This document shows, one piece after another, positions 1 to 5,667 of a DNA stretch of 64,000 nucleotides. A program made the translations under genes and the position numbers. The stretch covers positions 41 through 64,040 of the forward strand of contig JBGSKF010000095.1 of NCBI GenBank assembly GCA_041741375.1, given 5' to 3'. Position 1 is the stretch's first letter, and each line of letters begins with the position of its first letter. The stretch is from Gemmatimonadales bacterium. Lineage in GTDB: Bacteria; Gemmatimonadota; Gemmatimonadetes; Gemmatimonadales; GWC2-71-9. The notes beneath the pieces are model-generated. The model saw nothing but the letters and a program-made list of their open reading frames with translations. It made no database searches and had not been told where the DNA came from.

Positions 1-1748
1 CGCTGTCGCTCGCGGCTGCCGCCTTCGCCTGGCTGCGACCAGCCCCGGAGCCGACGCCCCACTGGCAGACCATCGTGCTCAGCGACACCCTCGAAACTGA
101 CCTGCCGGGATCACTGCTGGCGGTCTCACCGGATGGCAGCAACATCGTCTTCCGGAAGGGGATCCAGAACTCCCCGCTCTGGCTCAAGCGCGCCGACCGC
201 CTCGACGCCACCCCGATTCCGGGGACCGAACGCGGGGCATCCGCCGTCTTCTCGCCGGATGGCGAATGGATCGCCTTCACCGCCGACCGCCAACTCAAAA
301 AGGTCCGTCCGAACGGCGGCACCTCGATGCTGCTCGCCGATTCCGCGGCGTCGCAGGAGTACACCATCGCCTGGCTCGATGACGACACGATTCTCTATCC
401 GTCGCCTGACGGGACGTCGATGCGCCGCGTCAGCGCCAGCGGCGGAGGCTACACCGTGGCGCACTCCGATTCCGCCCTGCTGGGCTATGGTCTGGTCAAC
501 GCCACGGCGCTGCCCGGATCGCGTGGCGCGCTCCTGACCGTATGCACCTCCAATTGCGCCACCAGCATCTTGAGCGTACTCGACCTCCGCTCCGGCACCC
601 TGACGGAGCTGTTGCCTGACGTCCTGAAGGGGTGGTATCTGTCGAACGGCTACCTGCTCGGCATCCGGACCGACTTCACCGCGATGGTGGCGCCATTCGA
701 TCTCGACCAGTTGACAATCACCGGCCCCGCCACGACCGTGCTGGACGGCGCCATTATCCACGCCGCCTTCCGGGCGGTGCCGCTCCTGGCCGTGTCGAGG
801 AATGGCACCCTGCTCTACGCGCGCGGCACCAGTGGAAGCGGTTCCGCCGAGTTGGTCCGCGTGAACCGGCGAGGGGAGGTGTCCCGGATCGATACCAGCT
901 GGTCGGGGGCCTTCAATTCCTTCGCGCTGGCCAGGGATGGTCGGCGGATGGCGGTCGGCACCGGTACCACCGGTGGTGGGTTGTCCATCTACCTCAAGCA
1001 GCTCGACCGTGGCGCCTTCACCCGGCTCACCTTCGGCGGGCAGGATCGCCGTCCAACCTGGTCCCCCGACGGAGGCACGGTCGCCTTCATCCGTGATTCG
1101 CTGAACGGTGGTGGCGTCTACGGCATCGCCGCCGACGGCAGTGGCAACGAGCGGCTGCTGGCGCGCCTTGATCGTCCGATCCAGGAAGTCGTCTGGTCGG
1201 CCGATGGCGAGTGGCTGGTGGTCCGCACCGACAACGGCACCGCGGGCGCCGGTGATCTGGTCGGCGTGCGCACCCACGGCGACACCGCGCAGGTCCCCCT
1301 GGTCGCATCGAGGTTCACCGAGATGCATCCGGCGCTCTCGCCGGACGGTCGCTGGCTGGCCTACATCTCCGACGAATCAGGCGCCAACGAGGTCTACGTG
1401 CGCCCCTTCCCCGCCACCTCCACCGGACGCTGGCAGGTCTCGAACGGAGGGGGCGTCTCACCGGTCTGGGGCCCCAACAGCCGGGAACTCTTCTTCATTG
1501 ACACTGGCAACCGGATGGTGGCCGCCGAGCTGCGCACTGCGACCGGGTTGGAAGTGGTCGAGCTGCGCCCACTCTTCGAGGTCCGCGGCTACACCCTCGA
1601 TGTCTTTCACCAGTCGTTCGACCTGACACCCGACGGCAACAGCTTCATCTTCATGCGCCCGCAGTCGAGCGGCGCCACGGGCGCCAAACCGACGGTGGTC
1701 CTGGTGCAGCACTGGCTCACCGACCTGGCCCGGCGACTCAAGCGGTGA
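1..1748 (+). CDS. Ser/Thr protein kinase paralog, C-terminal part only (linker + TolB-like PD40 beta-propeller); 5' end lies outside the window
   Basis: Frame 3 is open from nt 3 (LSLAAAAFAWLRPAPEPTPHWQTIVLSD...). It is collinear with the post-TM region of the complete paralogs 5664..8351 and 25134..27812 (WFRPAPPEPATHRLSIALPED). Repeated SPDG(E/R)W(I/L)A(F/Y) blade motifs. C-terminal VLVQHWLTDL matches LVENWFTEL / VFNWFTEI of the paralogs. Confidence 0.85.
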   Translation, partial: LSLAAAAFAWLRPAPEPTPHWQTIVLSDTLETDLPGSLLAVSPDGSNIVFRKGIQNSPLWLKRADRLDATPIPGTERGASAVFSPDGEWIAFTADRQLKKVRPNGGTSMLLADSAASQEYTIAWLDDDTILYPSPDGTSMRRVSASGGGYTVAHSDSALLGYGLVNATALPGSRGALLTVCTSNCATSILSVLDLRSGTLTELLPDVLKGWYLSNGYLLGIRTDFTAMVAPFDLDQLTITGPATTVLDGAIIHAAFRAVPLLAVSRNGTLLYARGTSGSGSAELVRVNRRGEVSRIDTSWSGAFNSFALARDGRRMAVGTGTTGGGLSIYLKQLDRGAFTRLTFGGQDRRPTWSPDGGTVAFIRDSLNGGGVYGIAADGSGNERLLARLDRPIQEVVWSADGEWLVVRTDNGTAGAGDLVGVRTHGDTAQVPLVASRFTEMHPALSPDGRWLAYISDESGANEVYVRPFPATSTGRWQVSNGGGVSPVWGPNSRELFFIDTGNRMVAAELRTATGLEVVELRPLFEVRGYTLDVFHQSFDLTPDGNSFIFMRPQSSGATGAKPTVVLVQHWLTDLARRLKR

Positions 1749-1951
1749 GACGGGGGAGGGGCCGAAACCAACCGGTCCAAGAGACGTCTGATCATCGCCG
1801 ACGATTTTCGATGCCCCCGCGGAGCGGGAGGGATTCGAGGTGACGGGATCCGGGGCGTTTGCCCTTTCGGTTAGATCTCCCGCCCCAAGGGTGAAGGTGG
1901 GGTGTGGGAGAGGGCTAATGCGGGGTGTAGGTGAGGGCAAGAGGCGAGGAA

Positions 1952-1987
1952 TTGACACAAATATCGTGTAACACTATTTTTGTGTCA
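1952..1987 (+). promoter_or_regulatory. Putative sigma70-like promoter for a leaderless TA transcript, overlapped by a 9-bp inverted repeat (operator candidate)
   Basis: TTGACA 1952-1957, 17-nt spacer, TATTTT 1975-1980, 6 nt, ATG 1987; no Shine-Dalgarno. TGACACAAA (1953-1961) and TTTGTGTCA (1979-1987) are exact reverse complements. AT-rich island in GC-rich DNA. Confidence 0.5.
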
Positions 1988-2229
1988 TGAAGAACGTCAC
2001 ACTCTCTCTCGACGAGGACGTCGCCCGTTGGGCCAGGATCCGCGCCGCCGAGCTCGACACCAGCGTGTCCCGGCTGCTCGCCGACCAGCTCCGCGAGATG
2101 ATGGCGCGGGACGTGGCCTACCGTGCGGCGATGCAGCGGTACCTGGCAGAGCCTCCCCGGGTTCTCCACGACACCGGTCTTCCCTACCCCTCTCGCGACA
2201 CCCTGCATGGCCGCGCCGATCTTCGTTGA
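1987..2229 (+). CDS. Ribbon-helix-helix (CopG/VapB-type) antitoxin
   Basis: 80-aa ORF. MKNVTLSLDEDVARWARIRAAELDTSVSRLLADQLREMM fits the strand + two-helix RHH pattern. Overlaps the downstream PIN gene by 23 nt. Confidence 0.75.
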   Translation: MKNVTLSLDEDVARWARIRAAELDTSVSRLLADQLREMMARDVAYRAAMQRYLAEPPRVLHDTGLPYPSRDTLHGRADLR

Positions 2230-2650
2230 CACCAATGTGCTGGTCTACGCTCGAGACGCCGCGGCCGGAGACAAGCAGGTCCAGGCTGCGGAGTGGATGA
2301 CTCTGGCCTGGAGGACCGGTCGCGGTCGGGTGAGCATTCAGGTTCTGCAGGAACTTTACGTCACGCTCACTCGCAAACTCCAGCCGGGACTCAAGCCTGA
2401 GGAGGCTCGACGGGAAGTCCGCGCGCTCCTTCCCTGGCAGCCGATCCCGGTCGATCCCGGTGTTCTGGAGAGCGCCTGGAACCTCCAGGACAGGTTCACC
2501 CTCTCGTGGTGGGATGCCCTCATCGTGGGAGCAGCCCAGGCCACACAGTGCCGCTACCTCCTGACCGAGGATCTCCAGGACGGGCAGGACCTCGATGGAC
2601 TCCTTGTCGTGAACCCCTTCCGCCACGCCCCCGATTCGCTCCCCTCCTGA
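2207..2650 (+). CDS. vapC: PIN-domain toxin (VapC family)
   Basis: ATG 2207 inside ORF 2123..2650 gives MAAPIFVDTNVLVYARD... (first acidic PIN residue). Later WWDALIVGAA and LLTEDLQDG motifs are PIN-like. Coupled to the upstream antitoxin. Confidence 0.85.
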   Translation: MAAPIFVDTNVLVYARDAAAGDKQVQAAEWMTLAWRTGRGRVSIQVLQELYVTLTRKLQPGLKPEEARREVRALLPWQPIPVDPGVLESAWNLQDRFTLSWWDALIVGAAQATQCRYLLTEDLQDGQDLDGLLVVNPFRHAPDSLPS

Positions 2651-2671
2651 CACTTTCATTCGGTCCCCCAG

Positions 2672-2712
2672 TCACCTCCTTCACACTTCACACTTCCGCC
2701 TTCACACTTCCC
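2672..2712. repeat. Dispersed intergenic repeat built from TTCACACTTC-like decamers, copy 1
   Basis: CACCTCCTTCACACTTCACACTTCCGCCTTCACACTTCC. A second copy lies at 9265..9305 (CACCTCCTTCAAACTTCGAACTTCCGCCTTCAAGCTTCC). Both sit just downstream of a toxin-type gene. Confidence 0.5.
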
Positions 2713-2734
2713 CGTCTGGCCCTTCTCCCCCCGT

Positions 2735-2765
2735 GGGGCTAACTTGTGACAGTCCACTGACATCC
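2735..2765 (+). promoter_or_regulatory. Conserved kinase-gene leader motif, copy 1
   Basis: GGGGCTAACTTGTGACAGTCCACTGACATCC. Near-identical blocks occur at 3781..3811 and 25075..25105, and TAACTTGTGACA starts 52/52/55 nt before the GTG starts at 2792, 3838 and 25134. Two TGACA half-sites lie 11 nt apart. Function is not determinable from sequence. Confidence 0.45.
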
Positions 2766-2791
2766 TCGCGTCCTGCCCATCCCGGAATCCC

Positions 2792-2989
2792 GTGAACCCA
2801 CCGGAACGCCTGAGCGCCGCCCGATCGTTGGCGTGGGCAGACGGGCAGACCATCCGCGCCCTCGAGCTGGTATGGGTTGAGCGCGATGGCCGCACCACTC
2901 CGCTGGGGATCGCGCCGGACAACTACCGGTGGCCCCGCATCTCGCCGGATGGGGGACGCCTGGTCGTGGTCTCATTGGGGATTTGGTGA
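2792..2989 (+). pseudogene. Ser/Thr kinase remnant: native start fused to a piece of the propeller region, no catalytic domain
   Basis: GTG start. MNPPERLSAA matches MNPLERLSAAL at 3838, then runs directly into LVWVERDGRTTPLG...YRWPRISPDGGRLVV (blade-like). Only 65 codons. Confidence 0.6.
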
Positions 2990-2995
2990 TATGAC

Positions 2996-3030
2996 TTGAC
3001 AGGCTCTTTCAGGATGGTCATTATAGCCTG
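2996..3030 (+). promoter_or_regulatory. Putative promoter for leaderless phd-vapC transcript
   Basis: TTGACA 2996-3001, 17-nt spacer, CATTAT 3019-3024, 6 nt, ATG 3031; no SD. Inverted repeat CAGGCT (3000-3005) / AGCCTG (3025-3030). Confidence 0.5.
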
Positions 3031-3324
3031 ATGACAACTGCTTCCGTTTCCGAGGCCAAGAACCAGCTCAGTGCCCTGCTCCGCCTCGTCCAGGCTGGAC
3101 AATCCGTGCTCATCACCGACCGGGGTATCCCGGTGGCCCGGCTCGAGCCGGTGAGGCTCGGGGTCGGTATCTCGCCGGGAGTTCTCAGCCTCGCCCAACA
3201 GGGACTGGTTCAGCTCCCCGAAGGCGAGCCCAATGCCGACTGGCTCGACCTCCCTCGTCCCGCTGTGACCTCCGGGCCCTGCGGCTCCGCCCTCCTTCTG
3301 GAGGAGCGACGCGAGGGCCGATGA
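3031..3324 (+). CDS. Phd/YefM-family antitoxin
   Basis: MTTASVSEAKNQLSALLRLVQAGQSVLITDRGIPVARLEPV is the canonical Phd/YefM N-terminal fold signature. The stop overlaps the next start (ATGA). Confidence 0.85.
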   Translation: MTTASVSEAKNQLSALLRLVQAGQSVLITDRGIPVARLEPVRLGVGISPGVLSLAQQGLVQLPEGEPNADWLDLPRPAVTSGPCGSALLLEERREGR

Positions 3325-3755
3325 GGTTCTGGGATTCCTCCGCCCTCGTCCCCCTCCTGGCACCGGAGCCGGGGACCGAGCGCATGATGATCTTGATGCG
3401 CGAGGATCCGGCGGCGGCAGTCTGGTGGACCACCCCGGTCGAATGCGCTTCCGCGCTGGCGCGACTGGCTCGCGAGAAACGGATGTCGCGCGACGATGCC
3501 ACCCTGGCCACCGGGCTCCTCGCCACCGCCACGCGGGGGTGGAGCGTGGTTCCGCCCACCGACCCCGTGCGTCACCAGGCGATGCGACTGCTCCGCCTTC
3601 ATCCCCTGCGCGCAGCTGACGCGCTCCAACTCGCCGCCGCGCTGGTTCTCGCCGAGCACGACCCGCGCACCCTCCCCTTCGTCACCCTGGATGACCGGTT
3701 GGCCCTGGCCGCGGAACAGGAGGGGTTTGAAGTGATGGGAGGAACCCCGGACTGA
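3321..3755 (+). CDS. vapC: PIN-domain toxin (VapC family)
   Basis: MRFWDSSALVPLL... (acidic residue in WDSSAL), LRAADALQLAAAL and FVTLDDRL motifs. Translationally coupled to the Phd gene. Confidence 0.85.
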   Translation: MRFWDSSALVPLLAPEPGTERMMILMREDPAAAVWWTTPVECASALARLAREKRMSRDDATLATGLLATATRGWSVVPPTDPVRHQAMRLLRLHPLRAADALQLAAALVLAEHDPRTLPFVTLDDRLALAAEQEGFEVMGGTPD

Positions 3756-3780
3756 GGGCTTCTGGCCGCTCTCCTCCCGG

Positions 3781-3811
3781 CGGGGTAACTTGTGACAGTC
3801 TCCTGACAGTC
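3781..3811 (+). promoter_or_regulatory. Conserved kinase-gene leader motif, copy 2
   Basis: CGGGGTAACTTGTGACAGTCTCCTGACAGTC. Same spacing to the GTG at 3838 as copy 1 has to 2792. Confidence 0.45.
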
Positions 3812-3837
3812 GACCTCTCGTTCATGCCCGGAGCAGT

Positions 3838-4101
3838 GTGAACCCACTGGAGCGACTGAGCGCGGCCCTCGCCGACCGCTATTCACTCGTGCGCGAGCTC
3901 GGCCAGGGTGGCATGGCGACGGTCTACCTGGCCCAGGACCTCAAGCACGACGGCAAGGTCGCGCTCAAGGTCCTGAAGCCCGAGTTGGCCGCCGTGCTCG
4001 GTGCCGAACGGTTCGTGGAGCGATATGGCCGAGACTGGTTGTGCTCCATCATTGCCGGCGCTCATTCGGGCGATGGCCGGGAAGCCGGAGGGACGGGATA
4101 G
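3838..4101 (+). pseudogene. Ser/Thr kinase N-terminal stub (first ~59 codons), truncated
   Basis: MNPLERLSAALADRYSLVRELGQGGMATVYLAQDLKHDGKVALKVLKPELAAVLGAERFV is nearly identical in pattern to residues 1-59 of 5664..8351. Homology stops near nt 4015 and the ORF runs into unrelated sequence. Confidence 0.75.
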
Positions 4102-4189
4102 CGCCTGGGGGCTGGACACGGGCACGTGGTACGATAGATTGCGCCATGTATTAATAGTATTTGCTATCACCTGGCATCAGGAGGAAACG

Positions 4190-4414
4190 GTGCCCACCGT
4201 CCAGATCAATGCCCGCATCGATCCCAGGCTCAAGCAGGTCCTTGACGAGTTCTGCCGTTCGCGCGGCCTCGTGATGAACCACTTCATTCAGGAGGCGATC
4301 CTCGACCGCCTGGAGGAATTCGAGGATATCGAGGACCTCAAGGCGATCCGCCACGAACCAACCCGTCCCCTCGCCGAGGTGCTGGCGGAGCTGAAGCGCG
4401 ATGGCGCACTATAG
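4190..4414 (+). CDS. RelB/DinJ-like (RHH) antitoxin
   Basis: GTG 4190 is preceded by AGGAGGA (4179-4185). VPTVQINARIDPRLKQVLDEFCRSRGLVMNHFIQEAILDRL is RHH-like. Overlaps the RelE gene by 14 nt. The longer ORF from 4001 would run through the kinase stub. Confidence 0.7.
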   Translation: MPTVQINARIDPRLKQVLDEFCRSRGLVMNHFIQEAILDRLEEFEDIEDLKAIRHEPTRPLAEVLAELKRDGAL

Positions 4415-4661
4415 GGTCGAGGTCAGCAGGACGGCGGAAAAACAACTGCGAAAGCTCAAGGCCCTGGACCAGGGCCGGGTCGTCCATGCCCTGATGGGGT
4501 TGGCGGACGACCCCCATCCCCCCGGCTCGCGCAGGCTGAGTGGGTATTCCGACGTCTTCCGGATCCGCGTCGGCGTGTACCGGATCCTGTACAGCGTGGA
4601 GGGTCGCCGGTTGACTGTGATCATCCTCAAGATCGGACACCGCAGGGACGTGTATCGGTGA
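4401..4661 (+). CDS. relE: RelE/ParE-family toxin
   Basis: MAHYRVEVSRTAEKQLRKL...RLSGYSDVFRIRVGVYRILYSVEGRRLTVIILKIGHRRDVYR is the hallmark RelE/StbE C-terminal pattern (YR.R.G.YR..Y......v.i..i.HR..vY). Confidence 0.85.
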   Translation: MAHYRVEVSRTAEKQLRKLKALDQGRVVHALMGLADDPHPPGSRRLSGYSDVFRIRVGVYRILYSVEGRRLTVIILKIGHRRDVYR

Positions 4662-4666
4662 GCACA

Positions 4667-4850
4667 ATGCCAGACCGCCTTTCCGCCGCCCTCTCGGGCT
4701 CGCAAGTGAGGATACTCCGCCATGAAAATTGACGCCCTCGGGGCAAGCCTTTCCGACCGCGACCGGATCGAGCGCGAGCTCGATCAGGCGGGATCGCCAC
4801 GGTCTTCCTCGCGGAGGACGGGAAGCGGAAGCGCCGAGCCCCTGGCGTCT
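4667..4850 (+). pseudogene. Two further degenerate kinase 5' ends
   Basis: ATG 4667: MPDRLSAALSGSQVRILRHEN*. ATG 4722: MKIDALGASLSDRDRIERELDQ, then after a 1-nt frame change GGIATVFLAEDGKRKRR (compare LADRYRIERELGQGGMATVYLAEDLKHKRK at 5664). The DNA-level match to 5690-5790 is obvious by eye. Confidence 0.5.
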
Positions 4851-4885
4851 GGCCGAGCCTCTCCGGCGACAGTAGATTCGACACC

Positions 4886-5158
4886 ATGAACAGGGATGTG
4901 TTGCCGGGAGCCGAGTTGGTGGAGCAGGGCCTCCGCGATCTCGACGACCATGCCGAGACCGTCGAATCGCTGCTCGTCTCGCTCGGCGCTCCCGGCCTGC
5001 GCACGCTGGGACTCCACGTGCCCGAGCCATGGGCGGAGCCCGAACTCCGGCTCTACCGGCTGCTCGCGGAGAGGCACGGTGCCGGGGCCCATGCCCGGTA
5101 CAACGCCCTCCTGCGTCGGCTGGTGAGCTTCCAGCGTGCCAGCGCATGCGCGACGTAG
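4886..5158 (+). CDS. Hypothetical small protein, possible partner of the downstream nucleotidyltransferase-fold protein
   Basis: 90-aa ORF with high third-position GC. Overlaps the next gene by 13 nt. I recognise no motif. Confidence 0.5.
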   Translation: MNRDVLPGAELVEQGLRDLDDHAETVESLLVSLGAPGLRTLGLHVPEPWAEPELRLYRLLAERHGAGAHARYNALLRRLVSFQRASACAT

Positions 5159-5667
5159 CGGATCAGGCGCGGATCGAGGCCTTCCTCACGGCGCTGGCGC
5201 GCGAGGCGACGGCCGACCTCGACGTCTATCTCGTCGGCGGCACCTCGGCCGTTCTGGTGGGGTGGCGCCCGACCACGATCGACATCGACCTGGTGATGCG
5301 CCCGGAATCGGACGCCCTGCTTCGGGCGATTCCCGTACTCAAGGAGCGGCTCCGGTTGAACGTCGAGCTCGCCTCGCCCGACCAGTTCATTCCGGTGCCT
5401 CCCGGCTGGGAGCAGCGCAGCCCGGTCATCGTCCGCATCGGGAAGGTCACCTATCACCACTACGATTTCACGGCTCAGGCGCTGGCCAAGATCGAGCGCG
5501 GTCACACTCGCGACCTGGCCGACGTCGAGGCAATGCGGGCAAGGGGACTGATCACCGGCACCGAGGTGCGGCGCCAGTTCTCCCTGCTGGAGCCGCAGCT
5601 GTATCGCTTTCCCGCCATTGACCCTCCCTCGTTCCGCCGCGCCGTGGACGCGATCTTTCCGCCATGA
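5146..5667 (+). CDS. Nucleotidyltransferase-fold protein (DUF6036-like / MNT-like)
   Basis: ATG 5146 inside ORF 5029..5667. LVGGTSAVLVGWRPTTIDIDLVM resembles the G-x-x-A...T.DIDL nucleotidyltransferase core. The stop overlaps the kinase start (ATGA at 5664). Confidence 0.6.
   Translation: MRDVADQARIEAFLTALAREATADLDVYLVGGTSAVLVGWRPTTIDIDLVMRPESDALLRAIPVLKERLRLNVELASPDQFIPVPPGWEQRSPVIVRIGKVTYHHYDFTAQALAKIERGHTRDLADVEAMRARGLITGTEVRRQFSLLEPQLYRFPAIDPPSFRRAVDAIFPP

Noticed and set aside
126-1328. Long antisense ORF (400 aa) opposite the kinase propeller. Similar cases: 5502..6482(-), 12741..14735(-), 19442..21526(-), 25104..27686(-), 40430..41890(-), 46226..47692(-), 56452..58014(-), 59296..61152(-).
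   Set aside because: They lie opposite genes with unmistakable family signatures. Their translations are R/G/P/H-rich and of low complexity. Stop-free antisense frames are expected at this GC content.
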